A stretch of 64,000 nt of DNA from Erysipelotrichaceae bacterium (GTDB lineage Bacteria > Bacillota_I > Bacilli_A > Erysipelotrichales > Erysipelotrichaceae), in contig JAFZQG010000015.1 of the NCBI GenBank assembly GCA_017550145.1, positions 73,934 to 137,933 on the forward strand, in the 5' to 3' direction. Below are positions 8,083 through 17,018 of this stretch, piece by piece; position 1 is the stretch's first letter, and every line of letters begins with the position of its first letter. Made by a program: the position numbers and the translations under genes. Under the pieces are notes generated by a model. It saw only the letters and a list, made by a program, of their open reading frames with translations, searched no databases and was not told where the DNA came from.

Positions 8083-8670
8083 TTATTCTTCTGTTTCGGT
8101 TGGTTTAACTTCTTCTTCAACCTTTGCTTCAGCTGGAGCACCTTCTTTTGGCTCTAAAGCTTTCTTCAGGCTTTCAACACCCTTTTCAGCAATGTTGATG
8201 GTAGTTGTCTTAGCCTTGTTGATGGCATCCTGAACTTCAGGTTTATTGAAGTAATCGTTAACCTTGGTATGAATATCGCTTAAGAAATCAGCTGTCTTTT
8301 TGAAAGCATCTGATTCTTTGAGCTTATCGAATTCAGCCATGATGTCATCGCCGAGTTTTTCCAGCTTGTTTTCTTTATCAACCTGTTTTGTGAGTTCGGC
8401 AACCTTTTCCTTGGTGAATTCAACGGCTTCCATGGATTTAGCTTTTACTTTATCAAGGAATTCATCGAGTTTTTCATCTTCCTGAACATCATTGATAATG
8501 CCTTTAACTTTTTCTATAGATGATTTAATGGCTTCTTCAGTCTTAGCGACCAGCACTTTAGCCTTTTCCATGTTGGCTTCATCTAACTTTTCAGCCTTTG
8601 CAGCCAGATCGTTTTCAAGTTCTTCAACCTGAGATTCCATTTCTTTTACAGTATCCTCAAATTTTGTCAT
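8083..8670 (-). CDS. hypothetical acidic K/E-rich coiled-coil protein
   Basis: 195 aa. No TM segment or signal peptide. Continuous heptad-like K/E/L pattern. Strong SD AAAGGAGG. Divergent from the XpaC-like gene. Confidence 0.6.
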   Translation of the reverse strand: MTKFEDTVKEMESQVEELENDLAAKAEKLDEANMEKAKVLVAKTEEAIKSSIEKVKGIINDVQEDEKLDEFLDKVKAKSMEAVEFTKEKVAELTKQVDKENKLEKLGDDIMAEFDKLKESDAFKKTADFLSDIHTKVNDYFNKPEVQDAINKAKTTTINIAEKGVESLKKALEPKEGAPAEAKVEEEVKPTETEE

Positions 8671-8763
8671 ATCAGAATACCTCCTTTAAATATATTATAT
8701 ATAAAAAGTAAAAATAATATGTAAATTATCAATACATTTAGCACTCGTTTAATAGTCAGTTGA

Positions 8764-8772
8764 TGATATAAT
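8764..8772 (+). promoter_or_regulatory. extended -10 box TGaTATAAT positioned for a leaderless transcript of the XpaC-like gene
   Basis: TATAAT at 8767-8772 and ATG at 8782. The 9-nt gap GATTTTATT contains no SD. Confidence 0.45.
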
Positions 8773-8781
8773 GATTTTATT

Positions 8782-9756
8782 ATGAGAAGAAGAAGAGGCG
8801 GAATCGGAATTTTCGGTTTTATCATCATCATGTCGATACTGGACGCTTTCTTTGAAAGCGGCGGCATGATCATTTTCGGTCTTGTTATCCCGGGTATAAT
8901 CACGGCCTTATGCTTCTACGGAATCTTCCGTTTCATCCGGTATATTACCGGGGAAGATGAAGTGCAGAACAGACGTTCTACAGCCAACCGCAGAAGAACC
9001 AGCTCCAATGTTCATACCAACAAGACAGCCAGTTATGTGAAGAACAACAAGAATGCCCAGATCGACAGAGTTCTTTCCGAGTATTTCAAGAAGAATGTCG
9101 CACTGGTCCTTTTTGATGACATCTCCATTTCAACCCAGGGTGGTACATATACCACTGTTGACAATCTTTATATTTCCCATAAAGATGAGAAAGTCTGTCA
9201 GCTGAAGGAATTCAAGGCTTACTATCCTGATGCCTATCAGAAGGTAATTGCCGGACTGGCTGAACTGGCCAAGAAGGGCGGCAAAGTCAAAGAAGAAAAG
9301 AAACCGGAACCTGTTAAGGATAAGATCGATAATTTCTCTGATGCGGAGAAGTTCATTGATAAGATCAATTCCCTGAATAAGAATCTGTATAACGAAGAAG
9401 TTACGAACGGTCTGTATCAGACCTGTGATCTTCTCAAGCAGATCGATATCGTCGACAGAGAAGACGGAACCGTCGATCCGAAACTCAATAAATTATATGA
9501 ATACTATCTGCCGATTCTGACCGGAATCCTGGAAGACTACAAGCGTCTCTCCAATTCCCAGATCAAAGGTGAAGAATTCAAGAAGTGCGAGACTCAGCTG
9601 GTCAAGACCATCAAGCTGATCAATGAAGCACTTAAGACCATCTATAATTCTCTCCATGAGAGTGACTATATGAATCTGAATGCGGACATCAATACCTTAC
9701 AGTCACTGCTGAAGCAGGACGGTCTGGTTGAGACACCGTTTAAGGAGGGCAAGTAA
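8782..9756 (+). CDS. membrane-anchored XpaC-like protein (5-bromo-4-chloroindolyl phosphate hydrolysis protein family)
   Basis: 324 aa. Two N-terminal TM helices. The C-terminal helical region LNKLYEYYLPILTGILEDYKRL...LQSLLKQDGL resembles the XpaC family signature as I recall it. Confidence 0.6.
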   Translation: MRRRRGGIGIFGFIIIMSILDAFFESGGMIIFGLVIPGIITALCFYGIFRFIRYITGEDEVQNRRSTANRRRTSSNVHTNKTASYVKNNKNAQIDRVLSEYFKKNVALVLFDDISISTQGGTYTTVDNLYISHKDEKVCQLKEFKAYYPDAYQKVIAGLAELAKKGGKVKEEKKPEPVKDKIDNFSDAEKFIDKINSLNKNLYNEEVTNGLYQTCDLLKQIDIVDREDGTVDPKLNKLYEYYLPILTGILEDYKRLSNSQIKGEEFKKCETQLVKTIKLINEALKTIYNSLHESDYMNLNADINTLQSLLKQDGLVETPFKEGK

Positions 9757-9757
9757 A

Positions 9758-10270
9758 ATGACCGATAAGAATATCGATATGTTTAAACTTGTCGAAGAAG
9801 TCGAGAAGCAGAAAACACTCAACATCGATGATATTTTTTCCGACCTTGATTCAGTAAAGAATGAAGAGATTAAAAAGGAAGAAGTTAAGACCCGCAGTTT
9901 TACGAGCTCGCCGGATCCTTCTTTAATATCCAAACCGATCATTCCTAATTCGATCGGCGACTGGACAACAAGATTTGAAGCCTTCCGCGGAATCATTGAA
10001 CATGTTTCCTATGGCACCAGCAATGTGAATGCCTATGTTGAAGGACACAAGGATGCTTTAGAGAAGTATTACCGCGATGCCTACAACAACTCCAAGGATC
10101 TCTATGTCATCGAAGCCAGAGTAAATGACGAGATCAACAGATACAATTCCCATGCGCAGCTTTATGAGAAAGGTTATTATGACGGACTGGTCTATGTGTT
10201 AAAAGCCTTAAAACGTTCCAAGGAACTCTTGATGGCCAAGATCAATACCGCTATAAACAGTAACTTATAA
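9758..10270 (+). CDS. hypothetical protein (170 aa from the ATG at 9758)
   Basis: SD AAGGAGGG sits 8 nt upstream of the ATG at 9758, 1 nt after the upstream stop. The track ORF start at 9728 lies inside the upstream gene. No family recognised. Confidence 0.6.
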   Translation: MTDKNIDMFKLVEEVEKQKTLNIDDIFSDLDSVKNEEIKKEEVKTRSFTSSPDPSLISKPIIPNSIGDWTTRFEAFRGIIEHVSYGTSNVNAYVEGHKDALEKYYRDAYNNSKDLYVIEARVNDEINRYNSHAQLYEKGYYDGLVYVLKALKRSKELLMAKINTAINSNL

Positions 10271-10271
10271 T

Positions 10272-12290
10272 ATGGCAAATAAAGAAGACAGAGAAAAAAT
10301 GATGGAAGAGGTTTTCTCCAAAAGGAGAAACTTTTCCAATATCTACAATGATTCAGTCGATGTTTTAAAAGATACCGAGAGTGAACTGAATAAGATTCTC
10401 TTACAGAATCAGAAAGACATCGAAGAGATGACCAAACGTTTCAATTATTCCGATGAGGATCTCAAGAAACTCAAATCCGATATCGAAAAGGATTTCAATA
10501 TCTCGATCGATACACCGGAGACCGTCGTCTTAGGCAAGGCTTCCAAGGAAGTCTTTGAGAATATCTACAAAGATCTCTCTGAAACGATCATCGGCGAAGA
10601 TGAAGCCTGCAAAGCCTTCACGACCGCTTTCCGCAGACCTTACGTAGTTGGCAGCGATCCGCAGAAGATCAGAAACAGCATCATCCTTTACGGTACCAAC
10701 GGTACAGGCAGACATCAGATGGTCTATACGATGGGCACTTTACTGAAGAAATACGGTCTGACTGTTTCCAGTGAAGTCATCGAACTCGATATGTCCCGCT
10801 ACCAGTCCAGTTCGCAGGAAGTTCTCTTCTTACAGGATATTTATGTGGCATTGACCGGCAAGAATCCGATTGTGCTGATCGAGAACTTTGAAGAAGCTTC
10901 ACCGATCTTCAACAGAATGCTGGCGGAACTGGTCATGGAAGGCAACTGCGTTTTAAGCAAGCGTTATACTTTAAAGAACAATCAGCTCGTCGAAGCTACC
11001 AATACTTTATCCGGTGATATCATTGACCGTTTGAACGGTAATGATAAGATCCTGGTCTTCGTAACCGAAAAGAATCCGACCAAACTGATGGATATCTTCG
11101 GTAAATCATTCATCGAAAAGATCGATGACAAGGTCAAGACCGAAAAGCTCAATGAAGAAGCTTTAGTCAGGATCATTGATCAGCTGATCGAATCTTTGGT
11201 ACAAAGATGCAAGAGCCAGCTGGAAATCGAATTAAGTGTCGATCCGAGCATTAACAAATATCTCAAATCCATTTATGAACCTAATGACGGTATCGATTCA
11301 TTATCACCGACCGTCAAGAAGATCTATAACGAAATGGTTGATATCGCCTTAAAACATGATGATGTTACCAGCGTCGTGATCAGACATGATGAAACCATCA
11401 AGGCTTCCTTCAATGAAACCAGTATCGATATGGATGTCATCGATGACAGCCGTGCCGAAAGAGAAGAGATCCAGAAAGAACTCGATGAAGTTGTCGGTCT
11501 TGAGGATGTCAAGAACTATCTGCTGTCATTAGAGAATCTGATAAAGATCAACCAGATCAGAAGGCAGAAGGGTCTCAAGACCAACGAGATCTCCAAGCAT
11601 ATGATCTTTACGGGTAATCCTGGTACAGGTAAGACCACGATCGCCAGACTCGTCTCCAGAATGATGAAGGCCTGCGGTATCCTGAAACAGGGTCAGCTCG
11701 TTGAAGTTACCAGAGCCGATCTGGTCGGCAAGTATGTAGGACATACCGCACCGTTAACGATGTCGGTAATCCAGTCTGCTTTGGGCGGTGTCTTATTCAT
11801 TGATGAAGCCTACTCCTTATACAGAGGCAAGGATGACTCATTCGGATTAGAGGCTATCGATACCTTAGTCAAGGCGATGGAAGACCACCGTGATGACCTG
11901 ATCGTTATCTTGGCCGGTTACACCAAGGAAATGAAAGATTTCCTGGAGGCAAACAGTGGTCTTAAATCAAGATTTGCGAACATCATTGAATTCTCCGATT
12001 ACACCGGTGAAGAACTGATGCTGATATCGAAGTCGATCGCCAAAGGTAAGGACTATGTCATTGCCGAAGATGCCTTAAGACCATTACAGGATTACTTCAC
12101 GCTCATTCAGAGCCGCAATGATCCTAACTCCGGTAACGGACGTCTGGCCAGAAACCTTGTCGAGGATGCTATATTGAATCAGTCTAAACGACTGCTCGAT
12201 AATCCAGATGCACAGATGAATCTGCTGGAAAGAGTGGACTTCAATCTTGGTGAAAAGAATCTGGGTGGCAAACCTAAAGAAGAAGAATAA
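10272..12290 (+). CDS. two-module AAA+ ATPase: degenerate Clp/Hsp100 D2-like module plus intact SpoVK/CbbX-type module
   Basis: 672 aa. The N-module IIGEDEACKAF...ILYGTNGTGRHQ...ELDMSRY...VLIENFEEA aligns by eye to the ClpB D2 consensus, but its Walker A and B motifs are degenerate. The C-module has GNPGTGKTT, VLFIDEAY and ILAGY...GLKSRF. Confidence 0.8.
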   Translation: MANKEDREKMMEEVFSKRRNFSNIYNDSVDVLKDTESELNKILLQNQKDIEEMTKRFNYSDEDLKKLKSDIEKDFNISIDTPETVVLGKASKEVFENIYKDLSETIIGEDEACKAFTTAFRRPYVVGSDPQKIRNSIILYGTNGTGRHQMVYTMGTLLKKYGLTVSSEVIELDMSRYQSSSQEVLFLQDIYVALTGKNPIVLIENFEEASPIFNRMLAELVMEGNCVLSKRYTLKNNQLVEATNTLSGDIIDRLNGNDKILVFVTEKNPTKLMDIFGKSFIEKIDDKVKTEKLNEEALVRIIDQLIESLVQRCKSQLEIELSVDPSINKYLKSIYEPNDGIDSLSPTVKKIYNEMVDIALKHDDVTSVVIRHDETIKASFNETSIDMDVIDDSRAEREEIQKELDEVVGLEDVKNYLLSLENLIKINQIRRQKGLKTNEISKHMIFTGNPGTGKTTIARLVSRMMKACGILKQGQLVEVTRADLVGKYVGHTAPLTMSVIQSALGGVLFIDEAYSLYRGKDDSFGLEAIDTLVKAMEDHRDDLIVILAGYTKEMKDFLEANSGLKSRFANIIEFSDYTGEELMLISKSIAKGKDYVIAEDALRPLQDYFTLIQSRNDPNSGNGRLARNLVEDAILNQSKRLLDNPDAQMNLLERVDFNLGEKNLGGKPKEEE

Positions 12291-12291
12291 A

Positions 12292-12321
12292 AAAAGTACT
12301 CCGATTAATCGGAGTACTTTT
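12292..12321. terminator. bidirectional intrinsic terminator
   Basis: AAAAGTACTCCGA-ttaa-TCGGAGTACTTTT hairpin between convergent genes. Confidence 0.85.
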
Positions 12322-12340
12322 AATGATAAGATTCAGTTAT

Positions 12341-12766
12341 TTATTTGCACTTCTTGCAGGCTTTTTTAGCAGGTGCTTTCTTTTCAGCTTTAGCTTTAGC
12401 TGGTTTTTCGATTTCAGCACCGGCATTCTTCATGACGGATTTGATACCGCTCTTGCAGGCAGCCATTGTGTTGTATCCTTCTGATACACCGATAGCTTTT
12501 GCGTTAGCAGCGATCAGTCTGAAATAAGATTTGCCGTCTTTGCCTTCGAAGATTTCGAACTTAGGGTTCTTTGCTTCAACCGGTTTCTTAGCGGTGAGAT
12601 CAACAACTGCAGCAACCGGAGCGTTCTTAGCTACGCTCTTGATACCTTTGACAGCGCCTTTTCTGGCGGCGTACATCTGCGAAGAAAGGATAGGTTCACC
12701 ATTGCTGGCAACAAGATTAAAGTGATACTTGCCTTTTGGGCTTACAGTAATAACATACTTACTCAT
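12341..12766 (-). CDS. YegP/DUF1508 tandem-domain protein with a lysine-rich CxxC tail
   Basis: 141 aa. Two YegP-like repeats (YHFNLVASNGEPILSSQMY and YFRLIAANAKAIGVSEGY). Tail is KKAPAKKACKKCK. SD GAGGAGG. Confidence 0.8.
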   Translation of the reverse strand: MSKYVITVSPKGKYHFNLVASNGEPILSSQMYAARKGAVKGIKSVAKNAPVAAVVDLTAKKPVEAKNPKFEIFEGKDGKSYFRLIAANAKAIGVSEGYNTMAACKSGIKSVMKNAGAEIEKPAKAKAEKKAPAKKACKKCK

Positions 12767-12844
12767 ACTTTTCCTCCTCTATGATGATAAATAACGCTCT
12801 TACTATCTTAATTGTAGAATGGTACCAGTTCTTTTTTCAAGTAC

Positions 12845-13516
12845 TCAGAGGATGTCTTTGAGCCCTTTTGCACTGCCGGTGAGTTCGTGGAAGTCGCTGT
12901 TGAACTTTTCGGCTACTTCTATGATCTTTTCGCTGGCTGAAAGCTCATCTAAAACCTCCGGGGAAACGGTGATAGCCTCGACTTGAAGTAAGGCAGCCGC
13001 CACGACCTGTTCGCTTCTTTTGAAGGAGGCCGCCAATATTTTGGTGCCAGTTCCTTCCAGGATCTTCTTCATATTGGAGATTACCAGACACGGATCCATT
13101 CCTTCGTTGGAGATCCTGTTGAAGTAAGGGGCAATATAGTCGACTCCGATCTGTGAGGCCAGTAAAGCCTGTTTCTCATAATAGATGGCTGTCGCCGTAA
13201 TACGGTAATCATCGGTCTTCAGGATCTTCATGGCTTTAAAGCCTTCAGGAGTAGCCGCAATCTTCACATAGATATCCTTGCCCAAAGCCTTTCTGATAGC
13301 CCTGGCATCTTCCACCAGTTCTTCACTAGTCGAACCGACAGCCTGGACATGGAAATCATCATTTCTGACGATCCCTCTGATTTCCTGTAAAACTTCTTTG
13401 GGATCTCTTTTCGCTTTAAGCAGAATACTCGGATTGGTGGTGACACCCTTAATCGGCAGGTATTCATAGGCTTTGCGGATAGCACTGGTATCCGCTGTAT
13501 CGATCAGTATTTTCAT
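12845..13516 (-). CDS. fructose-6-phosphate aldolase / transaldolase (TalC/Fsa type)
   Basis: Start moved to the ATG at 13516 (MKILIDTADTSAIRK), which has SD GGAGAAAAAG. GVTTNPSIL motif and the Schiff-base Lys context YVKIAAT. Confidence 0.85.
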   Translation of the reverse strand: MKILIDTADTSAIRKAYEYLPIKGVTTNPSILLKAKRDPKEVLQEIRGIVRNDDFHVQAVGSTSEELVEDARAIRKALGKDIYVKIAATPEGFKAMKILKTDDYRITATAIYYEKQALLASQIGVDYIAPYFNRISNEGMDPCLVISNMKKILEGTGTKILAASFKRSEQVVAAALLQVEAITVSPEVLDELSASEKIIEVAEKFNSDFHELTGSAKGLKDIL

Positions 13517-13561
13517 AATCTTTTTCTCCAACCTAATTTTATAATAATTATAAAGTTTTAA

Positions 13562-13567
13562 TATAAT
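13562..13567 (+). promoter_or_regulatory. TATAAT box 8 nt upstream of the mnmE ATG (possible leaderless start)
   Basis: TATAAT at 13562-13567 and ATG at 13576, with no SD. The surrounding sequence is very AT-rich, so the call is weak. Confidence 0.3.
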
Positions 13568-13575
13568 AATAATGT

Positions 13576-14886
13576 ATGTTGAATGATACAATCTGTGCGA
13601 TATCCACAGCTTTAAAAGACGGAGCCATTTCAATTGTCAGAATGTCCGGTGAGGACGCTTTTGAGATTATAAAAAAGATCTCCGATGTCAAAGAAATCGT
13701 GCCTAATACGATCGTTTATTCGCATATTCATGATAATGATGAGATTGTTGATGAAGTTCTGATCTCGTTTTTTGGCAAAGGCAAATCCTACACCAAGGAA
13801 GACATGGTCGAAATCAACTGTCATGGCGGTGTCTATGTAACAAGACTGATCCTCAATATCCTTTTAAAGAACGGCTGCCGTTTAGCGGAAGCAGGTGAGT
13901 TCACCAGACGCGCTTATTTAAATGGAAGAATCGATCTGGCAGAAGCTGATTCGATCAACGATCTGATCAAAGCCCAGAGTGCCATTCAGGCCCGTTCGGC
14001 AATCAGAGGTTTAAACGGTTCGGTCGAAAGACTGATCATGCCTTTGATGGATGAAATGCGAGATGTTATTTCGATGATCGAAGTAAATATCGATTATCCG
14101 GAATATGAAGATGAAAAACAGATGAGCAATGATGTCATCAGACCGTATGTCAGAAAATGGATCAGGGCTGCGGAAGAGATGATTGATAAGGCGGAAAGAT
14201 TCAGAGTCGTCAAGGATGGCATTAAAACTGTTATTATCGGAAAACCTAATGTCGGTAAGTCATCGTTACTGAATGCCTTACTGGAAACTGATAAGGCTAT
14301 CGTTACGGATATTGCGGGTACGACCAGAGACCTCGTTGAAGGCAAGGCTGTTTTAAAGAACGTCACTTTGAATCTGATCGATACCGCCGGTATCAGAGAG
14401 ACTGATGAGAAGATCGAAAAGATCGGTATCGAAAAGACGATCAAGGCTGTCGATGAGGCGGAACTGATAATACTGGTCATTGATGCTTCAAATATCGATG
14501 AAGAAGACTATGAGCTGATCGAAAGATATAAAGACCGTGATCCGATCATTGTCTACAATAAATCCGATCTGAATAAAACCGGAGAAGTATCCATCTCCGC
14601 TTTAAATAATGATATCGCTCAGCTTACCGATCTTCTTAATGAACGTTATCAGGATGATATAAGCCTGGTGGATGAGGACATTCTGAATAACGAAAGACAG
14701 ATTGCCTTAATGAAGAACTGTCTGAAAGAACTCAAAGAGATGGATGAGAATATTGAGAATGACACAACCGATGTGATAGTCACCAATCTTGACAGTGCCT
14801 ACCACAGTCTGTGTCTGATTCTGGGAAAGGAATATCAGGAGGATCTGATCGATCATATGTTCAGAAACTTCTGTCTGGGCAAATAA
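13576..14886 (+). CDS. mnmE: tRNA modification GTPase MnmE
   Basis: N-terminal DTICAISTA...SIVRMSG, G1 GKPNVGKSSLLN, G3 DTAGIR, C-terminal FCLGK. Confidence 0.92.
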   Translation: MLNDTICAISTALKDGAISIVRMSGEDAFEIIKKISDVKEIVPNTIVYSHIHDNDEIVDEVLISFFGKGKSYTKEDMVEINCHGGVYVTRLILNILLKNGCRLAEAGEFTRRAYLNGRIDLAEADSINDLIKAQSAIQARSAIRGLNGSVERLIMPLMDEMRDVISMIEVNIDYPEYEDEKQMSNDVIRPYVRKWIRAAEEMIDKAERFRVVKDGIKTVIIGKPNVGKSSLLNALLETDKAIVTDIAGTTRDLVEGKAVLKNVTLNLIDTAGIRETDEKIEKIGIEKTIKAVDEAELIILVIDASNIDEEDYELIERYKDRDPIIVYNKSDLNKTGEVSISALNNDIAQLTDLLNERYQDDISLVDEDILNNERQIALMKNCLKELKEMDENIENDTTDVIVTNLDSAYHSLCLILGKEYQEDLIDHMFRNFCLGK

Positions 14887-15644
14887 TGAACTGGCTTGAT
14901 TCACACTGTCATATAAATGATGAAGCTTTTAAGGATGATCTGGATACTGTCTTACAGAACATGGTTAACAACGATGTCCGTAAGGCCATGATCATATCTT
15001 CATATATCAAGGATTATGAATACGGATTAACGATTTCTCATCCCGAGATCGAATTCATCCATTCACTCGGTATCTATCCGGGTGACGCGGATGACGTGAA
15101 TGAAGAACTGTTTAATGCCTATGCAGCTCATTATTCGGATGATGAATGCAAGGCGATCGGTGAGATCGGACTGGATTATCACTGGAACAAGGAAAACAAA
15201 GAAAAACAGAAAGAAGTTTTTGTCAGACAGCTGAAACTCTCACAGGAACTTGATAAGCCGATCATCGTACACAGCCGCGATGCGATCCAGGATACCTACG
15301 ATCTGATGAAACAGAATCCGACCAAAGGAGTAATGCACTGTTACTCGGATTCAGCAGAAATGGCTAAGGAATTTGTGAAACTGGGATATTATATTTCGAT
15401 CAGCGGCACTGTTACCTGGAAGAACGCCAGAGAACCGCTAGAGGTTATAAAAGTCGTGCCTTTGGACAGATTACTGATCGAAACAGACTGCCCATATCTG
15501 ACTCCTGCTCCGATGAGGGGCAAGAGAAATGAACCGGCGAATGTCGTTTATACCGGTAAAAAAATCTGTGAAGAACTCGGACTTGACGAAGAAGCGTTTA
15601 AAATGCAGTTAAATGAGAATTATCAAACACTGTTTAGGTTATAA
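14886..15644 (+). CDS. tatD: TatD-family metal-dependent DNase/hydrolase
   Basis: Start set at the TAATG junction (MNWLDSHCHI). HxH motif, EIGLDYHW, VHSRDA and ETDCPYL motifs. Confidence 0.88.
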   Translation: MNWLDSHCHINDEAFKDDLDTVLQNMVNNDVRKAMIISSYIKDYEYGLTISHPEIEFIHSLGIYPGDADDVNEELFNAYAAHYSDDECKAIGEIGLDYHWNKENKEKQKEVFVRQLKLSQELDKPIIVHSRDAIQDTYDLMKQNPTKGVMHCYSDSAEMAKEFVKLGYYISISGTVTWKNAREPLEVIKVVPLDRLLIETDCPYLTPAPMRGKRNEPANVVYTGKKICEELGLDEEAFKMQLNENYQTLFRL

Positions 15645-15677
15645 TAAAGTAGAATCATGGGGGAGAGCTTAGTAATT

Positions 15678-16463
15678 ATGGAAATAGCATTATTTGTTGC
15701 ACTGTCGATACTGGTCGCGTATGTGATCTATAGAAATGTGGTACTGATCGGCAGATTCAGACACAACAAGGAATATATCGAATGTTATAAGGAGATGCTG
15801 GCGGAGACAGACGGCGCCTATGACCGCATCTGCAAGTATATCGAAAACGAAAGTTCCGAGGAATTTCAGAACAAGGCAAGAATTTTGAAACTCTACGAGG
15901 AGATGGACAGGGAACTTGATGTGACTGATACCCTGAATAATATCGATCTGAAGAAAGTCTTCTATCGTAATGACAAGTATTCAAAGAAACAGGTAATGCT
16001 GAATTCCGAAGTTTTCATCTGGCTTTATCTCAATATGGCCAGAGCCAGAAAGCTCTCTAAATTTGATGTCTTAAACAGCCTCTATGAGAAGATCAGTGTC
16101 TTAAAGGAAATGGGTAACCGTGTCGAGTTCCAGCTCTGCAAGGCTATCTATAATGCCCTGTGTGAAAAAGAAGATGCGGGTGTCGCTTTCCTTTCTTCGT
16201 TGCTGGATGGCGGCTATGTCGGCTATGAATATGACAAGAACTTCATCGGTCTCTACAAGCGTCTGGCAGCTGCCACTTTGGCTTATTCAGGTGAACCGAT
16301 GGAAGACTTCTATAAGGAAGACCTTCCTGCTTTTGCTGCTACGCAGATCGGCAAGGTTTATATGAGAGATCTTGAGATCATTGAAAAGTATCCGCCAAAG
16401 ACTGATGAGAATGCAGCTGAAGCAGATACAGGTCTGATTCAGGATACAGATAAAACGGAATAA
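15678..16463 (+). CDS. hypothetical membrane-anchored helical protein
   Basis: The ATG at 15678 is preceded by GGGGGAG. One N-terminal TM helix (IALFVALSILVAYVIY), then a helical soluble domain. No family recognised. Confidence 0.5.
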   Translation: MEIALFVALSILVAYVIYRNVVLIGRFRHNKEYIECYKEMLAETDGAYDRICKYIENESSEEFQNKARILKLYEEMDRELDVTDTLNNIDLKKVFYRNDKYSKKQVMLNSEVFIWLYLNMARARKLSKFDVLNSLYEKISVLKEMGNRVEFQLCKAIYNALCEKEDAGVAFLSSLLDGGYVGYEYDKNFIGLYKRLAAATLAYSGEPMEDFYKEDLPAFAATQIGKVYMRDLEIIEKYPPKTDENAAEADTGLIQDTDKTE

Positions 16464-17018
16464 ATGAAACTGATTGTCGGTTTAGGAAATCCCGGAAACG
16501 AATACGTAAAAACTCGTCATAACGCGGGTTTTTTACTCATTGACCGACTTTGTGAAAAACTGAATCTCGAACTGGATAAGAAGAAGTGTAAGGCTATCTA
16601 CGGTATCTACCGTTTAAACGGTGAAAAGATCGTTATCGCCAAACCGCAGACTTACATGAATCTATCCGGAGAGGCAGTTAAAAGCCTGATGAAGTTCTAT
16701 GATATACCGGTCGAAGATCTGATCGTCGTACATGATGATCTGGATCTGCCTTTAGGCAAACTGCGTCTGCGTCAACAGGGATCATCCGGTGGCCAGAAGG
16801 GTATGGGCAATATCATCGATCTTTTAGGCACCTCAAAAATCAACCGGATCCGTGTCGGTATTTCCAATGATAAAACCGTCGACACCAAAGACTACGTCTT
16901 AGGACGTTTCTCCAAAGAAGAAATGAAGGTCTTTGCGGAAACTGTTGATAAAGGTTCCGATGCGTTGATCTATGCCTTTGACCATGACTTTGATGAAGTC
17001 ATGTCTAAATTCAATTAA
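16464..17018 (+). CDS. pth: peptidyl-tRNA hydrolase
   Basis: GLGNPGNEY...TRHNAGF N-terminus and HDDLDLPLGKLRL motif. Confidence 0.93.
   Translation: MKLIVGLGNPGNEYVKTRHNAGFLLIDRLCEKLNLELDKKKCKAIYGIYRLNGEKIVIAKPQTYMNLSGEAVKSLMKFYDIPVEDLIVVHDDLDLPLGKLRLRQQGSSGGQKGMGNIIDLLGTSKINRIRVGISNDKTVDTKDYVLGRFSKEEMKVFAETVDKGSDALIYAFDHDFDEVMSKFN

Noticed and set aside
8048-8485. Two 61-aa plus-strand ORFs antisense to the coiled-coil gene.
   Set aside because: Their translations are Ser/Phe/Leu-rich mirror images of a K/E-rich gene. One starts inside the bidirectional terminator. Neither has an SD.
13517-13633. The 39-codon N-terminal extension of the aldolase ORF (MKWLRLLKLW...).
   Set aside because: The extension overlaps the mnmE start and the divergent promoter region, and has no SD. 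The internal ATG at 13516 has a good SD and gives the canonical MKILIDTAD N-terminus.
14094-14480. A 128-aa minus-strand ORF inside mnmE. Similar long antisense ORFs occur at 30537-30935, 45025-45423, 47299-47670, 54617-55009, 59471-59866 and 61355-61735.
   Set aside because: Each lies wholly inside a strongly supported gene on the opposite strand. They have Ser/Leu/Ile-rich low-complexity translations, no SD and no recognisable motif. They are the expected by-product of GAA/GAT/AAA-rich codon usage, which depletes antisense stop codons.
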